A stretch of 64,000 bases of DNA from Longimicrobiales bacterium (lineage in GTDB: Bacteria > Gemmatimonadota > Gemmatimonadetes > Longimicrobiales > Gaopeijiaceae), in contig CAXXKM010000003.1 in the NCBI GenBank assembly GCA_963664435.2, positions 1,600,001 to 1,664,000 of the forward strand, given 5' to 3'. Shown in pieces: positions 1 to 9,656 of this stretch; positions within the stretch are counted from its first letter, which is position 1, and the number at the start of each line of letters is the position of its first letter. The notes beneath the pieces are model-generated. The model did no database searches, was not told where the DNA came from, and saw nothing but the letters and a program-made list of their open reading frames with translations. Both the position numbers and the translations under genes were made by a program.

Positions 1-236
1 CGGTGGCCCGCCGGTACCCGTACTCCGGGTGCGCCTCGGCGATCGCCTTCAGCGGCGCCTCCAGGTGCGCGTACTTCTCGGCGTAGGTCACACGGGTCCG
101 GGTGTGGTAGTACCATGTCGAGCGCGCCAGCCCGGCCGCCCGCAGTGCCGCCGTCAGGCCGTGTGTCCGTCTCGCTTCCGACACGAGCGCCACCCTCGCC
201 TTCACGCTCAGCCGCTCCCGCCCAAGAAATTTTTTA
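1..236 (-). CDS. IS3-family transposase OrfB N-terminus (-1 frame relative to orfA; truncated by window)
   Basis: -1 frame reads KKFLGRERLSVKARVALV...GLARSTWYYH...IAEAHPEYGYRRAT with no stop. Confidence 0.85.
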
Positions 237-486
237 GAAGCGCGATCTCGACCTCCTTCCTGCCCAGCAGCTGTTCGAGATCCCGGATGCGACGCTCGTA
301 CTCGTTGACCGTCGTCTCATCCGCGAAGATCTCCGGAGCCCGCTCGACGAAACGCCGCTTCCAGAGCCCGACCGAGTTCGGGTGCACCCCGTACGCCTTC
401 GCCACCTGGCCGGGCGTCTTGTCCCCAGCCAGCACCTCCAGCACCACCTGCGCCTTCAGCTTCGGCGTGTACCTCCGTCTCGCCAT
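208..486 (-). CDS. IS3-family transposase OrfA (HTH)
   Basis: MARRRYTPKLKAQVVLEVL...VAKAYGVHPNSVGLWKRRF HTH_Tnp_1 pattern, C-terminal zipper; SD GGAGG upstream of ATG 486. Confidence 0.9.
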   Translation of the reverse strand: MARRRYTPKLKAQVVLEVLAGDKTPGQVAKAYGVHPNSVGLWKRRFVERAPEIFADETTVNEYERRIRDLEQLLGRKEVEIALLKNFLGGSG

Positions 487-1326
487 GACAACCTCCTTCC
501 GGTCTGCCAGGTCTACCCTGCGCAGCACCCTTCCAGAGGTCAACTTCACAAACGTGGCATGTCCAGGATTCGGGGGTCATATCCATTCGCAACCTTCCGA
601 ACCTTCCTCCTGTGGCTTATCACCGACCCCTCGTTTGTAGATCCGGTCGGATCTGCCAATTCCGTTTGCCGTCATCAGCTTACCCAAGTCGGGCGCGGGC
701 GGACAAGTATCAAGAACGCGCACCTCAGCGCAAGTTCGCGCAGAATGAGTCCCCAAGGGCCTTAGCGAAGCGCTCGAGCAGTCGTTCGACACCGTTGGAC
801 GCCAGAGAACCAAGCGTTTCGCCCGCGCAACGGTCGGATACGCGTCTCAGCGTACTCTCGTGTGTTCCGATGCTCCTCGCCACACACCGCCAGTTAAGAC
901 CCGAGCGCTCGCCGCCACCGGGGCTGAGAGTCCCTGGGACCTGTCGTCGAAAACCTGCAAGCTCACGGGCACCGAGCGCTCGTTCCTGACTAACTCCCGG
1001 CCGAGCAGGCGTCCATGGCATCCCGGTCATCCTCCCGTCGCGTTTCCGTTCAAGGCACATTCCATCATCCACAACAACGTTTGAGCACCTCGAATCCTGA
1101 CAGCAGCGGGGCCGCGAAGGATGTCGGGTGGCGAGTCCTTGGGGGTAGTGGACCTCGCGTCAATGACCGGGCGGGCGGTTGGGAGGGATCGATAGCGGGC
1201 CGCCACCCCGCCCACGTCTGGACAGCGCGGCGAAGGCGCCGCCATTATTCAGCCCCCGCGGTTCGACAGCCTAAACGTCAGCCCCGGCATCCCCTTATCG
1301 AGAACCGATTCCGAAGAGCCCAGCCG

Positions 1327-2535
1327 GTGCCGAGACTCACCACGGAGTTGCGCGCACTCCATGACATCATGCGCGTGCGCGGGCTCGACCAGCGACGCTT
1401 TGCGCCCGACGCCTACTGGACCATCCTCGACCCCATCCTGAACGGCAGCGCGGCGCTGGCGTGCGAGAGGGTGGGCGAGAGCGCCGAGGGTCGGCCCATC
1501 CGCATGGTGTCGTTCGGCGAGGGTGAAGCAGGGGTGCTGGCCTGGTCCCAGATGCACGGGGACGAGAGCACGGCGAGCATGGCGCTGGCGGACATCTTCT
1601 CGTTTCTGGCCCGGCACCCGGAACACGCTCTGGTTCGGGCGCTGTCCCGCCGCCTGAGCCTCCATTTCGTTCCCATGCTCAACCCGGACGGGGCGGTCCG
1701 CTTTCAGCGCCACAACGCGGCCGGGATCGACGTGAACCGGGATGCCCGACGCCTTGCCACCCCCGAAGGGCGCGCGCTCAAGTCGGTCCACGACCGGATA
1801 CGGCCCGCCTTCGGCTTCAACCTGCACGACCAGAGCCCGCGTTTTCGCGTCGGGGACTCCGACCGCATGGCGGCCATCGCGCTCCTGGCGCCGGCCCACA
1901 ACAACGAAGCCGAGGTCAGCGAGCGGCGGCGCGCGGCGATGCGCGTGTGCGGGGTGGTGCGCACGGCGGTCGAGCCGCTGGTGGGCGAGCACGTCACCCG
2001 CTACGACGACGCCTTCAACCGACGGGCCTTCGGCGACCTTATGGGAGCCTGGGGCGCGAGCACGATTCTGATCGAGTCCGGAGGATGGCCGGACGATCCG
2101 CAGAAGCAGCATCTGCGCATGGTGAATTTCGTCGGCATCCTGTCCGCGCTCGGGTCGATCGCCGACGGCAGCTTCGCGGAGGTCGACCTCGCCCTTTACG
2201 ACGAGCTGCCTCCGAACGGGCGCATGGTGAGCGACCTCCTGCTGGCCGGGGGTACGCTGATCGCGCCGGGTCTTCCGCCGATGGTGGCCGACGTGCTCAT
2301 CGAGTACGACGACCCCCTTACGCGGTCGGGTCCGACCATCGTGGAGGTCGGCGACCTGGCGGACCGGGAGGCCCATGAAACGGTCGCGGCCGGCGGATTC
2401 TTCGTGGTCGCCGGCGAGGAGCATCGCGCCGCGGACGGGAGCGCGCGGATCGGGCCGGGCGTACCCGCGGACCTGGTCGTGGCGCGGGACCCGACCGGCG
2501 AGGTGGTGGTGAGGAGGATCGGCCGGGACCGTTAG
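1327..2535 (+). CDS. M14 family zinc carboxypeptidase (start uncertain: GTG 1327 or ATG 1369)
   Basis: MHGDE (HxxE), MLNPDG, NRD, FNLHDQ and LIESGG motifs. Confidence 0.88.
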   Translation: MPRLTTELRALHDIMRVRGLDQRRFAPDAYWTILDPILNGSAALACERVGESAEGRPIRMVSFGEGEAGVLAWSQMHGDESTASMALADIFSFLARHPEHALVRALSRRLSLHFVPMLNPDGAVRFQRHNAAGIDVNRDARRLATPEGRALKSVHDRIRPAFGFNLHDQSPRFRVGDSDRMAAIALLAPAHNNEAEVSERRRAAMRVCGVVRTAVEPLVGEHVTRYDDAFNRRAFGDLMGAWGASTILIESGGWPDDPQKQHLRMVNFVGILSALGSIADGSFAEVDLALYDELPPNGRMVSDLLLAGGTLIAPGLPPMVADVLIEYDDPLTRSGPTIVEVGDLADREAHETVAAGGFFVVAGEEHRAADGSARIGPGVPADLVVARDPTGEVVVRRIGRDR

Positions 2536-2550
2536 CGTTCAACATTCACG
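2142..2550 (+). repeat. 409-bp direct repeat, copy 1 (3' end of M14 peptidase plus 15 bp downstream)
   Basis: Aligns without gaps to 4910-5318, 9 substitutions counted by eye. Confidence 0.95.
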
Positions 2551-2565
2551 GGGTACGCTGCAGGG

Positions 2566-2589
2566 TGTTGCATACTTGCAGATGCAACA
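2566..2589. promoter_or_regulatory. Perfect inverted repeat TGTTGCAT-N8-ATGCAACA (possible operator or recombination site)
   Basis: Visible directly; lies 15 bp inside the islet boundary; TGcGATAAT extended -10-like motif just downstream. Confidence 0.45.
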
Positions 2590-2839
2590 TGGCACGCCTG
2601 CGATAATACAACACTGCGCAGTCGGGTCGGAGCCGCGATGACCAGAGCCTACGCGCTTCCGTTCCTCAGACAGGGTCCATAATGGAGTGGATTACAGTAG
2701 AGTCAGGGGCTGGCTGGTCCGGCCCCCTCCTGGACTCTTTGGCCTTGCGGGCTGACCCGCAGCGAATGACGACAACGGTTCAAGCCCAAGCCGTCTGTCT
2801 AGAGGGCGCTCGTCCCGTTCACAAGCTTCCAACGTCACA

Positions 2840-4120
2840 CTAGCCGGGCGAAGGCCATTCAACTTCGAACCTTACTATGTAGCGGACATCCAGCTCTTCC
2901 TTAACCACTGCCCAGAGCGTGTCGCCTTTGAAGTACGGATCGATGATTCCGGGGTAGGGGTCTGCGTCCCAGGTCTCCGGTGTGTTCACGTGACCAAGCC
3001 ACCGACCGTTCGCATCGAAGACATCGAAGCCATCCGTTGCATGCCAGTACTCCCAGATCACGCGTGGTAGTGACGGCGATTGCTGCCGTTCCTCCTCGGT
3101 AGTAGCGCGGCTCCAGCCTACGGCTCCTCGCCACACCCACATGCGACCTTCTTCCGAAAACCAGAGTCGAAGGAAAGCCGGACGCTCCCGCGGAAAGTTC
3201 GGAATCGGTGGCGGCCTGGCGAGCTCGGTTCCGGGTGGGCGTGGGATCGGACGACGGAACACCTCGGAGTAGTACTCGGTCTCCTCGCTTGTCCTCATCG
3301 GTGGATCCCATGCCCTCGACACCCGCGTCACCCCCTCCTCCGGCTCTGCGATGTCTATCACATAGCTGGCCGAGCACCCGAAGGCTAGTGTACCTGTTCG
3401 GCTCCGCGTCCAATGCGCGAAGGGCATGTGGGGGATGCGCGTGTCCTCGAAGAACCCTCCAGCGTAAACCGGGAGTCGCCGCTCACAGCCCTCCCAGGCG
3501 CGAGTGGGCAGGAAAACGGTATCCCCTACTTCTTCGTGGTCGATCAGTCGGCCGAACAACGGTCTTTGCCGCACCTCTAACGTGTCCGGACCGGTTCGAG
3601 GTGGGTTGAGTGCAATCCAGAGTTGACCTTGGGCGTCCCATCGGATGACATCCCGTCCGTATCCGGGTCTTCCGAGCGACGGATACCTGATCTCCCGGAC
3701 GAGATTGCCATCGTAGGAAAAGACACTGACCCGGCGATTGCCGAAGTCTAGCACGGCCAGCAGTCCGTCAGCGGAGATGTCCATGCCGGCCACCGCCCTA
3801 ACCTCCCCGGGCCCTGCGCCGCGGCGTGCGATCGTCCTGACATATCTACCGTCGGTATCATACTGTCGTAGCTCACCATCAGCTACGAAGAGATCACCGC
3901 CTGGGCCGACCGTGAACATCGGGAACATGCCAAGCAAATACTCTGGTGGACCGTCCATCATGCCCAATCGCGAAATCTCCCGAAGAGACGCCGCACCTCG
4001 CCGGGGTGACGACGAGAAAACGAACGTCGTGTCACCCAGCCGCCGCGATGAGTCCAGAGTCTCCTCATCGCACCCGCCGAGCACAAGTGTCGATAGAGCC
4101 ACCACCAACGCGCTACGCAT
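2840..4120 (-). CDS. Six-bladed beta-propeller (NHL-like) lipoprotein
   Basis: Lipobox LGGC; ARRGAGPGEV and LAVLDFGNRRVSVFSYDG blades; FDVFDANGRWLG tail; more A/T-rich than flanks. Confidence 0.8.
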   Translation of the reverse strand: MRSALVVALSTLVLGGCDEETLDSSRRLGDTTFVFSSSPRRGAASLREISRLGMMDGPPEYLLGMFPMFTVGPGGDLFVADGELRQYDTDGRYVRTIARRGAGPGEVRAVAGMDISADGLLAVLDFGNRRVSVFSYDGNLVREIRYPSLGRPGYGRDVIRWDAQGQLWIALNPPRTGPDTLEVRQRPLFGRLIDHEEVGDTVFLPTRAWEGCERRLPVYAGGFFEDTRIPHMPFAHWTRSRTGTLAFGCSASYVIDIAEPEEGVTRVSRAWDPPMRTSEETEYYSEVFRRPIPRPPGTELARPPPIPNFPRERPAFLRLWFSEEGRMWVWRGAVGWSRATTEEERQQSPSLPRVIWEYWHATDGFDVFDANGRWLGHVNTPETWDADPYPGIIDPYFKGDTLWAVVKEELDVRYIVRFEVEWPSPG

Positions 4121-4147
4121 GAGTCCTATTCCTTTTCTCGGGTTAGG

Positions 4148-4834
4148 TTAGGCCATCTCGCTGTTGAAAGTATGACGTGTCTCCCCAGTAAGAGGCAACT
4201 CCAATTGCACCGTCACGAACTGTTCGTCGTTCACTTCGTATGTCACTGGAATTGCGGGCCCAGGGCCAACGTCATAGCTCCACATGCTTTCACCGTTGGT
4301 TGCATGAAACGCCGTAAAACGCGCCAGTGTAGTCGGCAGCGGGGACAAGACCTCCCCCAGTCGACAACCTGCCTCCATTGTGCGTGGTCTCGAAACCCGT
4401 GGCTGATAAGAATCCGAGGTGATGGAGCGAACAAGACTGTCGTCCGCCGTCAAGTACGATAGTCGGCTATCGTTGTTCAGATCGGAAACGAGCAGGGTAT
4501 CGTTCGGCAGGAGCTGAAGCCGATGGATCGACCTGAACTCGCCGATGCCGCTACCTCTCCTACCAAACGTCTGCAAATGGCTCCCCTGCTCGTCAGAAAC
4601 GAGGAGGCAACGCTCGAAGCTCAAAGGCCCTTCCGGCAGATCTTTCCAGTAAGGCCGGGAGACGCGCGGCGATCTGTTGTTGCAAGATGACAGCCTCGAC
4701 GGAAACGGATGCGAGCGCTTGAAGGTCGTTGAGCCTTGCTCGACGATAAGGATGAGAGCGAGGCACGGATGCTGCCGCGTGATGTCTCCTATGACGGCGA
4801 GAACGGACGAGAGATCGGGAGCTTCGAGTACCAC
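4148..4834 (-). pseudogene. Degenerate mosaic ORF: beta-propeller fragment plus PQQ-dehydrogenase-like C-terminal fragment
   Basis: FGRRGSGIGEFRSIHRLQLLPNDTLLVSD (propeller blade), then FTAFHATNGESMWSYDVG...PVTYEVNDEQFVTV (PQQ-enzyme C-terminal pattern); no signal peptide. Confidence 0.55.
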
Positions 4835-4909
4835 GGTGTCCGCGACACCAGAAAACCCGCGATCATCAGGGGCTGAAAGGCTGCGAGTCCTTACTGCCTG
4901 TTGCTAGCG

Positions 4910-5318
4910 GTCCGCGCTCGGGTCGTTCGCCGACGGCAGCTTCGCGGAGGTCGACCTCGCCCTTTACGACGAGCTGCCTCCGAACGGGCGCATGGTGAGC
5001 GACCTCCTGCTGGCCGGGGGCACGCTGATCGCGCCGGGTCTTCCGCCGATGGTGGCCGACGTGCTCATCGAGTACGACGACCCCCTTACGCGGTCGGGTC
5101 CGACCATCGTGGAGGTGGGCGACCTGGCGGACGGGGAGGCCCATGAAACGGTCGCGGCCGACGGACTCTTCGTGATCGCCGGCGAGGAGCATCGCGCCGC
5201 GGACGGGAGCGCGCGGATCGGGCCGGGCGTACCCGCGGACCTGGTCGTGGCGCGGGACCCGACCGGGGAGGTGGTGGTGAGGAGGATCGGCCGGGACCGT
5301 TAGCGTTCAACGTTCACG
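4910..5318 (+). repeat. 409-bp direct repeat, copy 2 (5'-truncated duplicate of the peptidase; contains ORF 4992-5303)
   Basis: Near-identical to 2142-2550; lacks the catalytic motifs, so the 103-aa ORF is a gene remnant. Confidence 0.95.
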
Positions 5319-5335
5319 AGTCCGTTGCCCGGGGA

Positions 5336-6352
5336 CTAGGAACCTTCGTTCGCCCCCGTCGCCTCAACCAGCGAGTGGTCCGACACGTTGACCCTTCCCT
5401 CCACACCCCGCACCACCGCTCCCGCGCCGACCAGCGACCCGTCCAGGCGCGCTCCCTCCACGCGCGCTCCCGCGCCCACGATGGTGTTTGCCAGCCGGCT
5501 GCCGACCACTCGCGCGCCCCGCTCGAGCGCGACGTTGGGACCGATGACGCTCCCCTCGCCAACCACATCCTCCTCCACCAGCACCGGCCCGGCGAGCGAG
5601 CAGTCTCTCAACCGGGCGCTGGGCGAGACCGCCGCGCCCCCGGTCTCCAGCAGATGGCGGTTGGTGCCGAGCAACCCCTCGGGACTGCCGCAGTCGTGCC
5701 AGGAGTCCACCGGCGCCGTGCGGATGCGCGCGCCGCGGTCCACCATGTACTGGAAGGCGTCCGTCAGGTAGTACTCCCCCGATGAGCTCTTCGGCGAAGC
5801 CAGCACGTGATCTATGCCCTCGAAGAGCAGGGCGGAATCGCGGATGTGGTAGAGGCCGATGTTGGCGAGGCGGGAGACGGGTTGCTCCGGTTTCTCGACG
5901 ATCCGCGTCATGGCGCCGTCCCGGTCGGTTACGACGACGCCGTACTTCCAGTAGTCCTCGACCTCCTTCGTCCAGATGACCGCGCTCCACTCCGGCGAGA
6001 GCGTTCGCGCCGGCGACAGGTCGGCTTCGAACAGGGTATCGGCGAACAGGATCAGCAACTCGTCAGCCGCGAACGGCTGCGCCAGCTTGACCGCGCCCGC
6101 GGTCCCGTCCTGCACGGCCTGGACGACGTAGTGGACGGGCAGGTCCGGATACGCCTCCTCCATGTACCGGCGGATGACTTCGTCGAGATGGCCGACGATG
6201 AACACCATCTCCGTGACCCCGAAGCGCAAAAGGCCATCAAGCAGATGGGCGAGAACCGGTCTCCCGGCCACGCGCACCAGCGCCTTGGGCAGGTGATGGG
6301 TGTGGGGCCGCAGCCTCGTTCCCTTGCCCGCAAGCGGGATGACGGCTTTCAT
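5336..6352 (-). CDS. Sugar-phosphate nucleotidyltransferase (long RmlA/GlmU-like, C-terminal hexapeptide repeats)
   Basis: MKAVIPLAGKGTRLRPHT..PK, IVEKP, GEYYLTDA, WHDCG. Confidence 0.9.
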   Translation of the reverse strand: MKAVIPLAGKGTRLRPHTHHLPKALVRVAGRPVLAHLLDGLLRFGVTEMVFIVGHLDEVIRRYMEEAYPDLPVHYVVQAVQDGTAGAVKLAQPFAADELLILFADTLFEADLSPARTLSPEWSAVIWTKEVEDYWKYGVVVTDRDGAMTRIVEKPEQPVSRLANIGLYHIRDSALLFEGIDHVLASPKSSSGEYYLTDAFQYMVDRGARIRTAPVDSWHDCGSPEGLLGTNRHLLETGGAAVSPSARLRDCSLAGPVLVEEDVVGEGSVIGPNVALERGARVVGSRLANTIVGAGARVEGARLDGSLVGAGAVVRGVEGRVNVSDHSLVEATGANEGS

Positions 6353-6486
6353 GCAGTAATCCGGTGAGAAATCTGCCGCATTCCGTGGAACCGGCCGGTG
6401 GAATGGAATTCGTACGCGCGCCAACGTAAGATTATGCGTTGCGAGTTGCCTCTGTTTCGCGAACGGGGCCTCCCAGGAGGGAAAGG

Positions 6487-7302
6487 CTGAGCCAGGAACT
6501 CTCTTTTGCCGGTCGTCTGAAGCGCGCGCTTGTGGCGGCTTCCGCCCGCACATCGGCCGACGCCGCCGATCGGCGTCTCGTGGGCCGCACCTATGCCATC
6601 CCCTTCGCTCACGTCTGGGATGCCGCCCTCGACCTCGTTCGAGGTGAGCTGCCGCGCTGGCATGCCCGCTGGTGGGACGAGGAGGAAGGCGTGATCCAGG
6701 CCCTTACGCGGGGGCACCTTTCCCGCCGCGCGAGCGACGTGGTGATCCGCATCGGACTCGATGAGCTGGCGCAGACGCGGGTGGATCTCCGTTCGACTTC
6801 GCGCTCCAGGCAGCTGGGGGACTTCGGCAGCAACACGCGGCTCATCGGCGCGTTCATCGCCGCGTTGGACCGGAAACTCACCAGGCCCCGGACGCCCTCG
6901 GCTCCGGTCCGCGAAGAATCTCTCCCCGAGGAGGCCGGCGGGGACCCCGAGCCCCCGGCGGATTACTCCGCGCCGGTGGAAGTCGGTGGATCCGCCGTTG
7001 AAAGCGATCGCGATCGGACCGGGTTCGGCCGACGGAGTTCCCACGCGCCAGGGCGAAACGCCGGCCGGCGAGGACTCCGTTCTCGACGCGCTCATGCGCG
7101 GCGGGGAGGCCGCGGTTCGAGCCGGCGTCCCGGCTACCGCCGAAAGGGCCGCTCGGACGCCGAGGCGCCCGCCGCCGAAGGCACCGCGCCCGATGCCGGA
7201 CCGCCCGCCGCCGAAGGGAGCCGGGCATCCGGCCGCCACGGCAGCGGACGGGGATCCCGTTCACGGGGTCGACGCGGCGGAAGACGGGGAGAGCGGCGCT
7301 AG
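6487..7302 (+). CDS. DUF1499-like protein with disordered Arg/Gly-rich C-terminal tail (possible CTG start)
   Basis: DVVIRI...TRVDLRSTSR...GDFGSNTRLI pattern; AGGAGG 6 nt before CTG 6487. Confidence 0.7.
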   Translation: MSQELSFAGRLKRALVAASARTSADAADRRLVGRTYAIPFAHVWDAALDLVRGELPRWHARWWDEEEGVIQALTRGHLSRRASDVVIRIGLDELAQTRVDLRSTSRSRQLGDFGSNTRLIGAFIAALDRKLTRPRTPSAPVREESLPEEAGGDPEPPADYSAPVEVGGSAVESDRDRTGFGRRSSHAPGRNAGRRGLRSRRAHARRGGRGSSRRPGYRRKGRSDAEAPAAEGTAPDAGPPAAEGSRASGRHGSGRGSRSRGRRGGRRGERR

Positions 7303-7317
7303 CCCGTCCCCCCGGCA

Positions 7318-8598
7318 TCATCCGACGGCGACCTGGGCATCTACGTGTTCTTCGCCCTCCGAGCGCGCGATGATGGCGGCGCCGCACGAATCGCTGTAGA
7401 CGTTGACCGCCGTACGCGCCATGTCCAGCGGGCGGTCGATCGCGAGCATGGCCCCGACGATCAGGGCGGCGTCGGCGTTCCCGCCAAGCCCGATGGCCTC
7501 GAGAACGATGAAGATGACCACAAGGCCAGCCGAAGGCACCGCAGCCGCTCCGATCGACGCGAGAAGCGCGGTCAGTACAACCGTGGCCTGCGTCATGAAG
7601 CTGAGGTCGGCGCCCAGAGCCTGGGCGATGAAGAGCGCCCCGACGCATTCGAAGACCGCCGTTCCGTCCATGTTCACCGTGGCGCCCATGGGCAGCACGA
7701 AGGACGACACCTTGTTGGAAACGCCCACCTTCTCCCGCACGGTCTTGATGGTGACCGGAAGCGTCGCGCCCGAGGAACTGGTCGAGAAGGCCACCAGGAG
7801 CGGCTCGAGCATGTTGCGGAAGTGGACGATCGGTGAGATCGGGCGCCCGGACGCCAGCCGCCCTCCGAAGTACAGCACCAGCGGCAAGGTGATGAAGAGG
7901 TGAATCGTCAACCCCGACGCGAGCGTCGCGACGTACTTGGCCAGGGTTCCGAACGCTTCGAATCCGGTCGTGCCCACCATCCTCGTGATGAGGGCCAGGA
8001 CACCGATGGGCAGCAGCTTGATGATGCCGGACGTGAGGGCCATCATCGCCTTGAAGAAGGCGTCGAAGATGTCGGTAACGATGACGCGGGGGCGTTCCGG
8101 CAGGGTCGTGATGGCGGCGCCGAAGACGATGCAGAAGAAGATGATCGCCAGCATGTCCCCGGTTCCGGCCGCATCCACGAAATTGATGGGCACGATGTCG
8201 AGGATCAGCTGGATGAACGAGTCCGGCGTGTCGACCAGCATGGGATCGGTGGAGGCCTCGACGATGGTGGATCCCACGCCCGGCCGGATCAGGTTGACCA
8301 TCATGAGCCCCACCGAAGCGGCGAGGAAGCTCGACACGACGTAGTATCCCAGCGTCTTGCCGAACAGGCGGCCCACGGCCCGGCCTCCTCCCACCGACGC
8401 CACTCCGGACACGATCGAGGTGAGCACCAGCGGCACGATGATCATCCTCAGCAGCCGCATGAACAGTTCGCCGATCCAGCCGATCGCCTGGGCGCCGGCT
8501 TCGCCGAAGGTGACTCCGGCGATCGAACCCAGGATCATCGCGGCAAGAACCTGCCAGTGCAGCCGCCGGTAGAAGGGGAGGTCGGGATTGTATTCCAT
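7318..8598 (-). CDS. Dicarboxylate/amino acid:cation symporter (GltP/DAACS family)
   Basis: FSTSSSGATLP, GATVNMDGT, AIDRPLDMARTAVNV motifs. Confidence 0.95.
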   Translation of the reverse strand: MEYNPDLPFYRRLHWQVLAAMILGSIAGVTFGEAGAQAIGWIGELFMRLLRMIIVPLVLTSIVSGVASVGGGRAVGRLFGKTLGYYVVSSFLAASVGLMMVNLIRPGVGSTIVEASTDPMLVDTPDSFIQLILDIVPINFVDAAGTGDMLAIIFFCIVFGAAITTLPERPRVIVTDIFDAFFKAMMALTSGIIKLLPIGVLALITRMVGTTGFEAFGTLAKYVATLASGLTIHLFITLPLVLYFGGRLASGRPISPIVHFRNMLEPLLVAFSTSSSGATLPVTIKTVREKVGVSNKVSSFVLPMGATVNMDGTAVFECVGALFIAQALGADLSFMTQATVVLTALLASIGAAAVPSAGLVVIFIVLEAIGLGGNADAALIVGAMLAIDRPLDMARTAVNVYSDSCGAAIIARSEGEEHVDAQVAVG

Positions 8599-8704
8599 GG
8601 GTAGCTACTCTGAGGAGGGGATGGATGGGCGTCCTGAAGGGGTTCGTCCCGGGCGGCAACGTGGTGGTCGAGACCGCGTTTCGTCAAGCTCCGGTCCCGG
8701 CCCG

Positions 8705-9643
8705 ATGAGGGCGGCGCGGATGCTGCTGTCGGCGGCGCTCATGGTGACCGTCGCATGCGCCGCCGAGCCCGGGAGCCCCGGCAGCGCGCGCGTCGAAGAC
8801 CCGGCCCTCGCGCCGCTGGACTCGCTCGCCGGCAACCGGTACGAGCGCCATCTGGCCTTCTTTGCGTTGGAGGACGAAAATCCGCTGGTGGTTGCCTGGT
8901 CGTTTTCGGCGGACACCGGCGCGGACGCCATCGACAGGGAGGCGCGCATCTGGCTGGCGCGCGGAGGAGTGTGGGACGCTTTCTTCCGGTCCTCCTGGGA
9001 GACCCCCCCGGTCCGGGCTCCATGGCGCATCATCCCGCACGAGGGCATCCGCATCATCGTTGCGGAACGGGATGCGCTGACCGCCCTCCTCTACCGCAGC
9101 GCGGGCCGGGAGCTGGAGATGTGGCTCGGGGACGCGCTGGCGGGATGGAGCAGTCGTCCCGGCGAACTGATCCAGGTGAGAGGCGCCTCGACGGTTCTGT
9201 CCGAGAACGCCGTCGCGGGAACGCTGGTCGACATTTCCTTTGCCCGGCAGGCCTCGGACGCGACACCCGGGAGCTGGGCGCTTCTCATCTCCGAGGACAT
9301 CCATGTGTTTCTGCGAGGACCGTTCGATGCGGCCGCCGACTCCACCTTCCAGGGTTGGGGTACGCTGCGCGCGCGCAATTTCGACTGGCCGGACGTGGTC
9401 GTGACGGCGACCCGCTCGAGGGCATTCGAACCGGCCCGCCGCGACGTTCCGGTTGCGTGGCGCTTCCAGTCGCCCGACGCCGACCTGACGGGTAGAATCG
9501 AGGCCATGAGCACGCACATGGAGGCCGGGGAGGGGCCGGGTCCGCAGTTGCCCGTAATCGCCATCTCCGAAGTGGAAGGCTCGATCACGATCGAGACCAT
9601 CCCGCATCGGGTGCGCGGCATCCTCTACCATCGCACACCCTGA
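8705..9643 (+). CDS. Hypothetical lipoprotein
   Basis: Signal peptide ending TVAC; beta-rich ORF with host-like codon usage. Confidence 0.7.
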   Translation: MRAARMLLSAALMVTVACAAEPGSPGSARVEDPALAPLDSLAGNRYERHLAFFALEDENPLVVAWSFSADTGADAIDREARIWLARGGVWDAFFRSSWETPPVRAPWRIIPHEGIRIIVAERDALTALLYRSAGRELEMWLGDALAGWSSRPGELIQVRGASTVLSENAVAGTLVDISFARQASDATPGSWALLISEDIHVFLRGPFDAAADSTFQGWGTLRARNFDWPDVVVTATRSRAFEPARRDVPVAWRFQSPDADLTGRIEAMSTHMEAGEGPGPQLPVIAISEVEGSITIETIPHRVRGILYHRTP

Positions 9644-9656
9644 GCCGCATCACCCC

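Larger units (their letters stand above)
1..585 (-). mobile_element. IS3-family insertion sequence, left portion (runs off the window start)
   Basis: TG-starting terminus TGGATATGACCCCCGAATCCTGGACA at 585-560 (minus), then an HTH orfA, an A-AAA-AAT slippery site and an orfB N-terminus with the HPEYGYRR motif. Confidence 0.9.

Noticed and set aside
586..1326. Short ORFs between the IS and the peptidase
   Set aside because: No motifs, convincing SD or host-like codon bias; probably non-coding or decayed DNA
2591..2606. TGGCACG as a sigma54 promoter
   Set aside because: The -12 GC is absent at the required spacing
4992..5303. 103-aa ORF as an independent gene
   Set aside because: It is the duplicated 3' end of the M14 peptidase and lacks the catalytic motifs
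2142..5318. 409-bp repeat pair as a diversity-generating retroelement TR/VR
   Set aside because: Mismatches are not adenine-specific (several C/G and T/C) and no reverse transcriptase is in the window
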